Assembly: GCA_900759415.1 (NCBI GenBank)
Contig: CAAEVC010000155.1
Coordinates: 36,084-100,083, forward strand
Source of the DNA: an uncultured Dialister sp.
GTDB lineage: Bacteria; Bacillota; Negativicutes; Veillonellales; Dialisteraceae
DNA length: 64,000 bases
Direction: 5' to 3'
Shown here one piece after another: positions 47,427-57,932 of this stretch. Position numbers and translations under genes: made by a program. Position 1 is the stretch's first letter. Each line of letters begins with the position of its first letter. The notes under the pieces were generated by a model that did no database searches, was not told the origin of the DNA, and worked only from the letters and a program-made list of their open reading frames with translations.

Positions 47427-48359
47427 GTGAATAAGAAATTATTCCAGCTGACCACCTGTTTCCTGATTGGTATCGGCATACAGGCTGGTGTCTATCTGTA
47501 TATGGATCAGTCCCTCTTTGCACCTCTTTCCAGCGGTGATTATGATATGTCTGATGTAAAAGATAAAGTGGCAGAAGCGGCTGAAAAGGAAGGCAGAAAA
47601 GTATTTGCCAAAATCAGTGTCAGGGGAAAGGCTTACTATTCTCATGACTACCGGTATATGGCTGATGTGAGCACTGACGCCGTTACTATCTATAATGCAG
47701 ATGATCTGGATAATCCGCAGAAAGTGGATCTGAAGAATCAGGGCGTTTCCTTCTTTGAATGGATGCCAGACAGAAATCTGGCGCTTATGGCGCTCTATCC
47801 TGCTCACTGGAGAGGCGGACGATGGGATGTGACGCTTGCCCGTTATAATCCGGAAGGAACAACTCATGAATCAGATGCACCGATTCGTGATCTCCCAAGA
47901 AATGCAAAGATTGTAGACGTTGCCTACTCGACAGCAACCAATGCGGTATATATGAAAATGGAAGTAGGAAAAGGCCTTTACCGGATTTATCGCACTGATG
48001 CGAACTACGATACCCGCCGTATCTATGTCCAGAGTTCTCATATCGGAAAGATTGCGGTATTCTATGATGAAGACCGGCTCTTCTATGACGACAGCGAAAG
48101 AGGAATTCTCTATACTTTCAATGGGGATGACAGTTCCTGGAGAGTGATCTCACCGCCTGGCGCTTTCCGCCTTGTGGGAGTGGGGGATGACAAAACCATT
48201 TATGCTGTCAGAATCAACAGCAAAGGTGATGTCACAGCTTACTACACCGGAAAACTGGGAGTAGGATTCAAGGAAGTAAAAGTACTGGATTCACCGGTAG
48301 AATTTAATTCTGTCACCATGCATATGATAAAAGAAGCTGCATCACAGGCAGGAAAATAA
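47427..48359 (+). CDS. Membrane-anchored beta-rich hypothetical protein
   Basis: AAGGAGG RBS with GTG start; N-terminal TM segment; beta-strand-rich sequence. Confidence 0.75.
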   Translation: MNKKLFQLTTCFLIGIGIQAGVYLYMDQSLFAPLSSGDYDMSDVKDKVAEAAEKEGRKVFAKISVRGKAYYSHDYRYMADVSTDAVTIYNADDLDNPQKVDLKNQGVSFFEWMPDRNLALMALYPAHWRGGRWDVTLARYNPEGTTHESDAPIRDLPRNAKIVDVAYSTATNAVYMKMEVGKGLYRIYRTDANYDTRRIYVQSSHIGKIAVFYDEDRLFYDDSERGILYTFNGDDSSWRVISPPGAFRLVGVGDDKTIYAVRINSKGDVTAYYTGKLGVGFKEVKVLDSPVEFNSVTMHMIKEAASQAGK

Positions 48360-48362
48360 TAC

Positions 48363-48401
48363 AAGAGGATGTGGATGGTTCTCCATTTCACATCCTCTTT
48401 T
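48363..48401. repeat. Palindromic element / terminator
   Basis: AAGAGGATGTGGATGG-TTCT-CCATTTCACATCCTCTTTT. Confidence 0.6.
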
Positions 48402-48488
48402 GATAAAATAGAAAAGGAAGAATGGAATAGTTCTTCCCTGAATCAGGCATCAGGAATCATAATATAGATTTTATTTCGAGGAGGTTCT

Positions 48489-49019
48489 ATGTTTAAAGCA
48501 ACCACAATATTGGCAGTAAAAAAAGATGGGCATGTGGCTATGGCTGGCGATGGCCAGGTAACCATGGGCAATGCGGTGGTTATGAAAAATACAGCCCGTA
48601 AGGTAAGACGGCTGTATCAGGGAAAAATTATCGCCGGATTTGCCGGTTCGGTGGCAGATGCATTTTCCCTTTTTGATAAATTTGAAGGAAAACTGAGAGA
48701 CTGCAATGGCAATCTGGTGAGAGCAGCGGTGGAATTTGCCAAGGACTGGAGAAGCGACAGAGTGCTTCAGAAACTGGAAGCTCTCCTTATTCTTACTGAT
48801 GGGGATCATCTTTTTCTGGTTTCCGGAAGTGGCGAAGTGATTGAACCGGATGATGGCATACTGGCTATCGGAAGCGGCGGAAACTATGCACTGGCAGCAG
48901 CCCGTGCTCTTGCCCAGTCGACCAGCCTTTCTGCTAGGGAGATCGCAGAAAAATCTCTTCATATTGCAGCAGATATTTGTGTTTACACCAATCACAATGT
49001 AATCGTGGAGGAAATCTGA
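48489..49019 (+). CDS. hslV: ATP-dependent protease peptidase subunit HslV/ClpQ
   Basis: [37 protein letters not shown]. Confidence 0.96.
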   Translation: MFKATTILAVKKDGHVAMAGDGQVTMGNAVVMKNTARKVRRLYQGKIIAGFAGSVADAFSLFDKFEGKLRDCNGNLVRAAVEFAKDWRSDRVLQKLEALLILTDGDHLFLVSGSGEVIEPDDGILAIGSGGNYALAAARALAQSTSLSAREIAEKSLHIAADICVYTNHNVIVEEI

Positions 49020-50374
49020 TGAGTGAATTAACACCTCGTAAAATTGTTGAATATTTAGATGAATACATCATTGGACAGAAGGATGCCAAGAGAGCTGTAT
49101 CAGTGGCATTAAGGAACCGCTGGCGTTCCCGTCAGCTTTCGCCGGAAATTGCCAGAGAAATCCGTCCAAAGAACATCCTTCTCATAGGACCTACCGGCGT
49201 AGGTAAGACAGAAATAGCAAGAAGAATTGCGTCTCTTACCAATGCACCTTTTGTTAAGGTAGAAGCGACAAAATATACAGAAGTAGGCTATGTGGGACGG
49301 GATGTAGAATCCATGGTAAGAGATCTGGTGGAAGAATCTGTCCGGCTCGTAAAGAAAGAGGAATCTTCCCGTCTTGGAGTAGATGCTGAAGAAGAAGCGG
49401 TTTCCCAGATTGCTGAAATCATGTGGCCTGCCAGAAAAGAAGAAACCAGAAGTCCTATGGATATTATTTTTGGTGAAAAGAAACAGGATGCACCATTGAA
49501 TGAAGGGGAACAGCAGCGGCGAAAAGAACTGATAGAACGTATCCGAAATGGAGAACTGGATAACCGGCAGATCGAAATTAAAGTAGAGGACAGAGGAAAT
49601 GCGCCGCAGTCTGATAATGAGCAGGCCAACCAGATTTCTATGATGCTTTCCACCATGATGCCGAAAAAATTCAAAAAGAAAAAAGTAACAGTAAGAGATG
49701 CGAGAAAAATCCTTGCAGAAGCAGCGGCTGATGAAATGGTTGATATGGAAGTGGTCAAAGATAAGGCTATCCAGTGGGCAGAAGAAAGAGGAATCATATT
49801 TATTGATGAAATCGATAAGATTGCTGGAAGACATGGCACATCCGGCGGTTCTGATGTTTCCCGTGAGGGGGTGCAGAGAGATATTCTGCCTATTGTAGAA
49901 GGTGCTACCGTCAAAACCAAGTACGGACAGGTCAAAACAGATCATATCCTCTTTATGGCAGCCGGCGCTTTCCATGTATCAAGGCCCAGCGACCTCATTC
50001 CTGAACTGCAGGGCCGTTTCCCTATCCGTGTAGAACTTTCCAGCCTTACGAAAGAAGATCTGCGGAAAATCTTAACGGAACCAAGGCAGGCTCTTATCAG
50101 GCAATACACCGCTCTTCTTGAAACAGAAGGGGTCCATGTGGTTTTTGCAGAAGATGCACTGACTGCCATTGCAGAAATTGCTTCAGATGTGAATACGGAA
50201 ACTGAAGATATTGGTGCCAGAAGACTGTACACCATTCTGGAACGGGTACTGGAAGACCTGTCTTTTGAAGCACCGGACCTGGAAGATAAAAACGTAGTGA
50301 TTGACAGTGATTATGTAAGAAACAAGCTGGGAAGAATTACTGAAAATATTGATATTTCCAATTATATTCTCTGA
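49019..50374 (+). CDS. hslU: ATP-dependent protease ATPase subunit HslU/ClpY
   Basis: [43 protein letters not shown]. Confidence 0.96.
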   Translation: MSELTPRKIVEYLDEYIIGQKDAKRAVSVALRNRWRSRQLSPEIAREIRPKNILLIGPTGVGKTEIARRIASLTNAPFVKVEATKYTEVGYVGRDVESMVRDLVEESVRLVKKEESSRLGVDAEEEAVSQIAEIMWPARKEETRSPMDIIFGEKKQDAPLNEGEQQRRKELIERIRNGELDNRQIEIKVEDRGNAPQSDNEQANQISMMLSTMMPKKFKKKKVTVRDARKILAEAAADEMVDMEVVKDKAIQWAEERGIIFIDEIDKIAGRHGTSGGSDVSREGVQRDILPIVEGATVKTKYGQVKTDHILFMAAGAFHVSRPSDLIPELQGRFPIRVELSSLTKEDLRKILTEPRQALIRQYTALLETEGVHVVFAEDALTAIAEIASDVNTETEDIGARRLYTILERVLEDLSFEAPDLEDKNVVIDSDYVRNKLGRITENIDISNYIL

Positions 50375-50402
50375 TTTTCTGGAAAATAGCGTGAATACAG
50401 GA

Positions 50403-50450
50403 AATCCCTCCATATGGCAGGTACGATACCGCCTTTGGAGGGATTTTTTT
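50403..50450 (+). terminator. Intrinsic terminator after hslU
   Basis: AATCCCTCCA...TGGAGGGATT followed by a T-run. Confidence 0.7.
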
Positions 50451-50555
50451 ATATGTTAATCCATGTATATAAATAAGTTGACCAGTGGTTTACAAATGAT
50501 TATAATGGAAGAAAATCAATTAAAAAGCTTAATTATAGATTGTGGGAGGTATTTT

Positions 50556-51545
50556 ATGAGAACTGAAATCCTGGAGTATTTCAAGAAAGCCAATGGGGAA
50601 TTTGTTTCTGGTCAGCAGATTTCAAAGGATCTTCATGTTTCCCGTACCGCTATCTGGAAGCATATTAATATATTGAAAGAAAGAGGATATATTTTTGAAT
50701 CCAGCACCCGAAAGGGATACCGGCTAATTTATTCACCAAATCTTCTGACTCCCCTGGAAATCAATACATCACTTCGCACCGAAACCTTTGGACGTCATGT
50801 GGTGTATATGGAAACCACAGCATCCACCAATGAAGAGGCTAAGAAAATAGCAAGAGACGGGGCAGAGGAAGGAACCATTGTAGTCGCAGAGGAACAGACT
50901 TCCGGACATGGCAGGCTGGATAGAGGATTCTTCTGTCCATTTGCGAAGGGAATCTGGTTTACCCTGATTCTCCGGCCAACCTTTACGCCTATGGAAGCAG
51001 CAAAGTGCACTTTGCTGGCTGCTATTGGTGTATGCCGCGGCATCCGCCGGCTGGGACTCAAGGATGCGGGCATCAAATGGCCTAATGATATTCTTTACCA
51101 TGGAAAGAAACTGGTGGGAATCCTGACGGAAATGTCTGCCTCCATGGAAAAAATAGATTACATCACCATGGGTATTGGTATCAATACAGGGATTAAGAAA
51201 AGTGAATTCCCTGAAGACGTTCAGGATACTGCCACTTCTTTCCTGAATGAAGGTATCGATGTTTCCCGTAAAGAACTTCTGGCAGCCGTTCTGTCCGAAC
51301 TGGAAAAGGAATATAAGATTGCAGAAACAGAAGGATTCGCCAAAGTACTGGAAGACTGGAAAACTCTTTCTGTTACTATCGGTCAGGAAGTCCGGGTCAT
51401 TACAGGAGAGGACAGCTATACCGGCAAGGCGGTAGATATTGATAATGACGGATGCCTTCTTGTGGATACAGGAAAGGGTATCTCCCGTGTGCTTGCAGGG
51501 GATGTCTCCATCCGTCCGGTAGATGCACCGATTCCCAAAAGATAA
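50556..51545 (+). CDS. birA: Bifunctional biotin protein ligase / biotin repressor
   Basis: N-terminal HTH VSRTAIWKHI; EQTSGHGRLDR, IKWPNDI, KLVGILTE. Confidence 0.94.
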   Translation: MRTEILEYFKKANGEFVSGQQISKDLHVSRTAIWKHINILKERGYIFESSTRKGYRLIYSPNLLTPLEINTSLRTETFGRHVVYMETTASTNEEAKKIARDGAEEGTIVVAEEQTSGHGRLDRGFFCPFAKGIWFTLILRPTFTPMEAAKCTLLAAIGVCRGIRRLGLKDAGIKWPNDILYHGKKLVGILTEMSASMEKIDYITMGIGINTGIKKSEFPEDVQDTATSFLNEGIDVSRKELLAAVLSELEKEYKIAETEGFAKVLEDWKTLSVTIGQEVRVITGEDSYTGKAVDIDNDGCLLVDTGKGISRVLAGDVSIRPVDAPIPKR

Positions 51546-51761
51546 ACTGTAAGGACATGATTTCTTAAACATTGGGATATTCTATCCGCTGTCCATATAA
51601 GAAGATATACAAAGGACTCCGGGGACTCTGTGAATCCAGTCACTTGAACCGGTAAGCGCTTTTTTGTCTTATGCTTGACAGAATCCCAACTTTGTTGCAT
51701 TATACACATGATGCAAAAAATATGAGTTGCACAATGATGCTCTCTCTGGAGGTACTGCTTT

Positions 51762-52541
51762 ATGCTTCTTGCTTTTGATGTAGGTAATACAAATATTGTT
51801 TGTGGTGTTTATAAAGAGAAAAAGTTGATTCATCACTGGCGTGTAGCCACAGATACTCTTCAGACTGCAGATGGATATGCAGCTCTTCTTGGAACCCTTT
51901 TCCAGCTGAATGGGCTGTCCTTCAAGGATGTAGAAGATATCATCATTTCAACGGTGGTACCACCTATTATCCCTATCCTTGAAACCATGTCCCACCGTTA
52001 CTTCAGCACAAAGCCTATCATGGTCGGACCGGGAATCAAAACTGGTCTTAACATTCTCTATGACAATCCTAAAGAACTGGGTGCAGACCGTATTGTCAAT
52101 GCAGTAGCAGCCATTGCAGAATATGACTGCCCTCTGATCATCATTGATATGGGAACAGCTACCACGTTCTGCGTCATTGACTCCAAAGGAAATTATCTTG
52201 GTGGTGCGGTAGCCCCTGGTATCGGTATTTCCATGGAAGCGCTTTTCCAGCGGGCTTCCAAGCTGCCTCGTATCGAACTGGTCAAAACACCAAAGATTAT
52301 CTGCAAAAACACCGTATCTGCCATGCAGTCCGGGATTTATTACGGATTTGTCGGTCAGATCGATGAAATCGTAACCCGTATTAAGGCTGAATTGAACGAA
52401 CCAAATGTAAAAGTCATCGCTACCGGCGGACTGGCATCTATGATTGCCAAATCTTCCAAAACCATTGACGTAGTAGATCCCATGCTTACGCTGAAGGGGC
52501 TCCTGCTTCTTTATGAAAAGAACAGAGTGAATAAAAAATAA
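51762..52541 (+). CDS. coaX: Type III pantothenate kinase
   Basis: [28 protein letters not shown]. Confidence 0.95.
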   Translation: MLLAFDVGNTNIVCGVYKEKKLIHHWRVATDTLQTADGYAALLGTLFQLNGLSFKDVEDIIISTVVPPIIPILETMSHRYFSTKPIMVGPGIKTGLNILYDNPKELGADRIVNAVAAIAEYDCPLIIIDMGTATTFCVIDSKGNYLGGAVAPGIGISMEALFQRASKLPRIELVKTPKIICKNTVSAMQSGIYYGFVGQIDEIVTRIKAELNEPNVKVIATGGLASMIAKSSKTIDVVDPMLTLKGLLLLYEKNRVNKK

Positions 52542-52856
52542 TGAAATATGCCACTTTATTGAATCATTCAGTAAAGCGGCATTTTTATTATAAGGATAAT
52601 GACAGAAATCATCTGTCAGAAATTAAATGACAGTTAAGAATCATGAAATACAAAAGTATTGTTATACAGAATAGAAAAAAGATGGTAAACTGATAGCAGA
52701 AACAGCCCTTTCTGTCATTCGGGAAAACGTAAGGGACAGAAGAGGATCAGGGTCAGGTATGATTGTTAATAAGAAAGTAAAAGCAGCTTACAGGAATCAT
52801 CAGTAACCAGTTTCTAGAGGAAGACAGGTATATTTATTTATGAAAGGGTGGATACA

Positions 52857-53702
52857 ATGAGAAAGGCAGTTCGAATGATGCTCTTAGGCGCTGCTCTTGC
52901 CGGAGTTTTTACATTAACCGGATGCGGTAACTCAGATTCTGATAAGGGGGCGGCAGGAAATGGCAATCAGCAGGGCAAGCTGATGCAGACAATCAAAGAG
53001 AGAGGTAAATTAATCGTAGGAACCTCCTCCGGTTACCCTCCCTATGTATTCGTAGATGCAGAGTCACCAGATAAAAAGGTTATCGGCCTTGACATTGAAA
53101 TGTGCAAACAGATTGCAGATAAGCTGGGGGTAAAACTGGAAGTCCAGGATATGGGATTTTCCGCCCTCCTTTCTTCTGTCACCGCAGGTAAGGTAGATAT
53201 TGCAGTTGGCGGCGTAGCTCCTACTCCGGAAAGAGAAAAGGTGATGGCCTTCTCCGATATCTATCTTCCTACAGAACAGAAACTTCTGGTTAGAAAATCG
53301 GATCAGCATGCATTCAAGACTATGGCTGATCTTAAGGGAAAGGTCATAGGAGCAGAGAAATCTACAACCCAGGAAGCGACCGCCCAGAAGATAGAAGGGG
53401 CAAAGGCTATTGGATTATCCAGCGTTCCTGATGCGGTTCTTCAACTGAAAAATAATAAACTGGATGGCATTGTGCTTGATGGGGTTATCAGTAAACAGTA
53501 TCTTATTTTTAACGATGATCTTGCTCTTGCAGATGTACAGTTTAAAGATGCTAAGAAAGTGTCTGCAGTTGCTCTCAAAAAAGGAAATGATGACCTCCTG
53601 AAAGTCATCAATGAAGTGATTAAACAGGACACAGGATCCGGTCAGTTTGACAAGTGGGTAGATGAATACAGCCGTATTGCTGTAGAAAAGGCGAATAAAT
53701 AA
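52857..53702 (+). CDS. Polar amino acid ABC transporter substrate-binding lipoprotein
   Basis: Lipobox LTGC; GTSSGYPPY, GLDIE, GKVDIA. Confidence 0.9.
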   Translation: MRKAVRMMLLGAALAGVFTLTGCGNSDSDKGAAGNGNQQGKLMQTIKERGKLIVGTSSGYPPYVFVDAESPDKKVIGLDIEMCKQIADKLGVKLEVQDMGFSALLSSVTAGKVDIAVGGVAPTPEREKVMAFSDIYLPTEQKLLVRKSDQHAFKTMADLKGKVIGAEKSTTQEATAQKIEGAKAIGLSSVPDAVLQLKNNKLDGIVLDGVISKQYLIFNDDLALADVQFKDAKKVSAVALKKGNDDLLKVINEVIKQDTGSGQFDKWVDEYSRIAVEKANK

Positions 53703-53840
53703 GAGTATAAAATGAAGAAAAGCACAGGAGTATGATTGCATAATCCTGTGCTTTTTGTGTTTAAAAATACAACAAATAAAATGTGTGAAGTACAAAAGAT
53801 ATGGTAAAATCGGTGAAATTCAAAAAAACATGAAAAATTA

Positions 53841-53881
53841 TATGAATAATTATTGACTAACATGAATGAATATGCTAATAT
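53841..53881 (+). promoter_or_regulatory. Tandem ARG boxes overlapping a SigA promoter
   Basis: TATGAATAATTATTGACT-AA-CATGAATGAATATGCTAA; TTGACT-17 nt-TAATAT with TG extension. Confidence 0.65.
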
Positions 53882-53946
53882 CTAAACAATCTTTTGAGAG
53901 ATGTCCATCAGTAAACGGGATTATGCAGGATAAGGAGTGTATGATT

Positions 53947-54807
53947 ATGAAAAACGGGAAGAAAATATTGAAGATTCTGGCTGTCGGATTGTCTATAACA
54001 GCAGCGCTTTCTCTGGCAGGCTGTGGCGGAAGCAGTTCTTCTGGTGATTCTGGGAAAAGCGGGCAGCAGCAGAGCAAACTGATGCAGAAAATCAAGTCCA
54101 GCGGAAAACTGGTGGTTGGTACAGCATCCGGTTATCCTCCTTATGAATTTGTGGATACCTCCTCCGGAGAAAAGAAGGTCATTGGGATTGATATGGCACT
54201 GGCGCAGAAAATTGCGGACAAACTGGGGGTAAAACTTGAAATCCAGGATATGAACTTCCAGGCACTTCTTTCTTCATTGACCGGTGGCAAGGTGGATGTG
54301 GCCATTGCCGGCATCAATCCAACTGATGAACGTAAGAAATCTATGGATTTCTCCGATAATTATCTGCCTACAGAACAGAAGGTAATCATAAGAAAAGTGG
54401 ATGCAGACAAGTATAAAACTGTTGAAAGTCTTTATGGAAAAGCCATTGGAGTTCAGAAATCTACTACCCAGGAAGAGCTGGCCAAAGAGAAGATTAAAGA
54501 TGCAAAGATTGTGGCTCTTGCCCATGTACCAGAAGTCATTCTTGAACTGAAGCAGGGAAAGATTGATGGAGTTGTTGTAGAAGGAATCGTAGGAACACAG
54601 TATGTAGTTTTCAATGATGATCTCATGTTCTCTGATATTACATTCTCGGGGTCCGTAAAGAGTTCTGCAGCTGCGGTCAACAAAGGAAATGAGGATGTGG
54701 TCAAGGTCATTAATGAAGTGATTAAAGAAAATACAGATAATGGCAACTTCAAGAGATGGACTGAAGAATACAGCAAAAAGGCAGCTGCCAATGCAGAAAG
54801 CAAGTAA
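53947..54807 (+). CDS. Polar amino acid (probably arginine) ABC transporter substrate-binding lipoprotein, paralogue of the upstream gene
   Basis: Lipobox LAGC; GTASGYPPYEF, GKVDVAIAG; colinear similarity to 52857-53702. Confidence 0.9.
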   Translation: MKNGKKILKILAVGLSITAALSLAGCGGSSSSGDSGKSGQQQSKLMQKIKSSGKLVVGTASGYPPYEFVDTSSGEKKVIGIDMALAQKIADKLGVKLEIQDMNFQALLSSLTGGKVDVAIAGINPTDERKKSMDFSDNYLPTEQKVIIRKVDADKYKTVESLYGKAIGVQKSTTQEELAKEKIKDAKIVALAHVPEVILELKQGKIDGVVVEGIVGTQYVVFNDDLMFSDITFSGSVKSSAAAVNKGNEDVVKVINEVIKENTDNGNFKRWTEEYSKKAAANAESK

Positions 54808-54822
54808 GAAAGTGATGTAAGG

Positions 54823-54862
54823 AAAAGCTGTGAAGAACCGATGATTTTTCACAGCTTTTTTT
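54823..54862. repeat. Palindromic element / terminator
   Basis: AAAAGCTGTGAAGAA-CCGATGA-TTTTTCACAGCTTTTTTT. Confidence 0.65.
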
Positions 54863-54960
54863 ATTTAAAAATATGGATATATTATATAGTCAATGGGGGA
54901 TGGGTGTGTTATAATGGGCTATCAATCATTTAGAAGGAATATAGAAAGAGGGACTTATTT

Positions 54961-56235
54961 ATGAATAAAAAGACAATTCCATTTTCTGATGAATTAATTC
55001 GGGATATAGCATCTAAATACGGTACTCCTTTCCATATCTATGATGAAAAAGGTATTCTTGATAACGTAAGACGGCTGCAGAAAGCTTTTTCCTGGCATCC
55101 GGATTTTATTGAATATTTTGCGGTGAAGGCCACTCCGAATCCCTGGATTTTAAAAAGTCTGAAGAAACTGAATATCGGGACGGACTGCAGCTCTATGGCA
55201 GAGCTTGTTCTTTCTGAAGCATCAGGAATTACTGGTGACGATATTGTTTTTTCATCCAACGATACACCGGATGAAGAATTTATCAAAGCCAATGAGCTGG
55301 GGGCGGTCATTAATCTTGATGATGTATCTAATCTGGATGATCTGGAAAGACTTCATATCATTCCGGAAAAGATCTGCTTCCGCTATAATCCAGGACCTGA
55401 GCTCTCCAAGGGAAATGAATTTATCGGAAAACCGGAAGAAGCCAAGTACGGCATGACTTATGATCAACTCATGACCTGTGTGGATTGGGCAAAAGATAAG
55501 GGGATTTCCTATATTGGCATTCATACTATGGTGATTTCTGCTGAACTGGAACTGGCAGGACTTCTTGGAACCATAGACATGATGTTTGATCTGGCAAGAG
55601 ATATCCGGGAAAAGAAAGGAATCACCGTAAGCTTCATTGATTTTGGGGGAGGCGTCGGAATTCCTTACAGACCTGAAGAAGATGCAGTGGATCTGGAAGC
55701 ATTGGGCGAAGGCACCCGGAAGCTCTTTGAAGAAAAGATGAAAGGTTTTGAAAATACAAGACTCTGCTTTGAATTTGGCCGTATGATTACCGGCCCCTAT
55801 GGATTCCTTGTAACGAAAGCCATTCATTACAAACATACCTATAGAGATTATATCGGTGTAGATGCATGTATGGCTGACCTGATGCGGCCGGGCATATATG
55901 GTGCGTATCATCATATAACCGTGTTGGGAAAGGCCGATGCACCAAAAGATCATGTATATGATGTGGTAGGTTCCCTCTGCGAAAACTGTGATAAATTTGC
56001 AATTCAGAGAAGCCTTCCTGAAATAGATAATGGAGACCTTATTGTCATCCATGATACCGGTGCTCACGGTCACAGCATGGGATATAATTATAATGGACGT
56101 CTTCGCCATCAGGAAATCATGGTTCATGAAAATGGTGACATTCAGCAGATCCGAAGAAATGAAACGCTCTTTGATCTGTTTGCTACCCTTGATTTTCCCG
56201 GACTGAAAGAAAGTACTGCAAAAGTTGAAAAATAA
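54961..56235 (+). CDS. lysA: Diaminopimelate decarboxylase
   Basis: GTPFHIYDE, YFAVKA (PLP Lys), DFGGG, GSLCENCD, GAHGHSMGYNYNG. Confidence 0.9.
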   Translation: MNKKTIPFSDELIRDIASKYGTPFHIYDEKGILDNVRRLQKAFSWHPDFIEYFAVKATPNPWILKSLKKLNIGTDCSSMAELVLSEASGITGDDIVFSSNDTPDEEFIKANELGAVINLDDVSNLDDLERLHIIPEKICFRYNPGPELSKGNEFIGKPEEAKYGMTYDQLMTCVDWAKDKGISYIGIHTMVISAELELAGLLGTIDMMFDLARDIREKKGITVSFIDFGGGVGIPYRPEEDAVDLEALGEGTRKLFEEKMKGFENTRLCFEFGRMITGPYGFLVTKAIHYKHTYRDYIGVDACMADLMRPGIYGAYHHITVLGKADAPKDHVYDVVGSLCENCDKFAIQRSLPEIDNGDLIVIHDTGAHGHSMGYNYNGRLRHQEIMVHENGDIQQIRRNETLFDLFATLDFPGLKESTAKVEK

Positions 56236-56395
56236 TGATAAGAGCCATGAACAGATCTCTCTATTCATGGCTCTTATTTTCAACATTTTTATTAAATCTT
56301 TCCCGTAAGAGCTCAGATGGCCGTATTGTCTCTATTTATCGTCTGCTGTTTGTGATATGATGAAATCAATCAAAGAAAATCATGGGAGGTATTTT

Positions 56396-57886
56396 ATGAA
56401 GTATAGAAGTACGAGAAGTAATGAAACGGTTACCGCAAATGAAGCACTTCTTAAAGGTCTTGCCAGCGATGGAGGACTTTATGTACCGGAAAATCTTCCC
56501 AAACCTCTTTTGTCTCTGGAAGACATCAACGGGATGGATTATAAAGAGCTGGCCAATTATGTGCTGTCTCATTTCCTAACGGACATTCCTGAAGAAGAAC
56601 TTGGCCGCATGACCGGAAGCGCTTATACCGGCACTTTTGACACAGAAGAAATCGTTCCGGTAAAACCTTTGTCCCGCGCTTTTTCCATGGCAGAAATGTT
56701 TCATGGAAGGACCTGTGCATTTAAAGATCTGGCACTTTCACTCTTCCCTTATCTTCTTGTTTATGCGAAGAAAGAGGAAAAGGATAATAAGGAAATCCTT
56801 ATCCTGACTGCTACTTCCGGCGATACAGGCAAAGCAGCACTGGAAGGCTTCCGGGATGTGCCAGGGGTTCATATTATGGTATTCTATCCCTCTCATGGTG
56901 TAAGCCCGCTGCAGAAAGACCAGATGCAGAAACAGCTGGGAGACAATGTGAAAGTCGTGGGGATAGAAGGGAATTTTGATGATGCCCAGGGTGCACTGAA
57001 GAAGGTATTTGGCAGTAAACTCAGAGAGAAGGCATCAGAAATGGGAGTTCATTTCTCCAGCGCCAATTCCATTAATATCGGACGTCTTCTTCCGCAGATT
57101 GTTTACTATGTATGGATCTGGAAGGAACTTGTTGCCAAGGGATCTATCGGAAAGGATGAATCCTTTAATGTGGTTGTGCCTACCGGTAATTTTGGTAATA
57201 TTCTGGCAGCATGGATTGCAAAACAGATAGGTACACCGATTGCACAGCTGATCTGTGCATCCAATGAAAATAAAGTACTGTCTGATTTCTTTGAAAATGG
57301 AACCTATGACATTAACAGGGATTTTTATCTCACCGATGCACCATCCATGGATATCCTGATTTCTTCCAATTTTGAACGGTTCCTGTACTATATGGAAGGA
57401 TCTGCTGACCGGGTATCTTCTGAAATGAAGAATCTGTCCAGAGAAGGAAAGTATCAGGTTTCGAAAGAAGCACTGGAAAAAGCAGGAAAGGAAATGAAAG
57501 CAGGCTGGACCTCTCCTCACGAAATGGTAGAGGCCATGAAGTCTGTCTATGATAATTATGATTATCTGATGGACCCTCATACCGCTGTAGCTTATGGTGT
57601 ATATGATCAGATGAGAAGAAAGGGTATGATTGACCGCCATTCTCATACAGTCATCATCAGTACAGCCCACCCTTATAAATTCCCGGGAGTGGTAGCAAAG
57701 GCCTTAGGAGTGGAGGAATCGGAAAATCCCTATGATACCCTTAGAGCTATCGAAAAGGAAACAGGAATTCCTGTGCCGGATCATCTGGGGGGATTAGAGA
57801 ATTATCCGCTCCGGTTTACGGAAAATATTGATCGTAATGATATAGAAAAAGTCATTATGGATTATGTAGAAATGATTCGTAAATAA
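56396..57886 (+). CDS. thrC: Threonine synthase
   Basis: MKYRSTR, GLASDGGLYVP, AFKDLAL, ATSGDTG, PTGNFGN, STAHPYKF. Confidence 0.95.
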   Translation: MKYRSTRSNETVTANEALLKGLASDGGLYVPENLPKPLLSLEDINGMDYKELANYVLSHFLTDIPEEELGRMTGSAYTGTFDTEEIVPVKPLSRAFSMAEMFHGRTCAFKDLALSLFPYLLVYAKKEEKDNKEILILTATSGDTGKAALEGFRDVPGVHIMVFYPSHGVSPLQKDQMQKQLGDNVKVVGIEGNFDDAQGALKKVFGSKLREKASEMGVHFSSANSINIGRLLPQIVYYVWIWKELVAKGSIGKDESFNVVVPTGNFGNILAAWIAKQIGTPIAQLICASNENKVLSDFFENGTYDINRDFYLTDAPSMDILISSNFERFLYYMEGSADRVSSEMKNLSREGKYQVSKEALEKAGKEMKAGWTSPHEMVEAMKSVYDNYDYLMDPHTAVAYGVYDQMRRKGMIDRHSHTVIISTAHPYKFPGVVAKALGVEESENPYDTLRAIEKETGIPVPDHLGGLENYPLRFTENIDRNDIEKVIMDYVEMIRK

Positions 57887-57932
57887 GTCAGGGGGACTTA
57901 GGGGAATCATTATATTCATCGAGGCCTATTTT

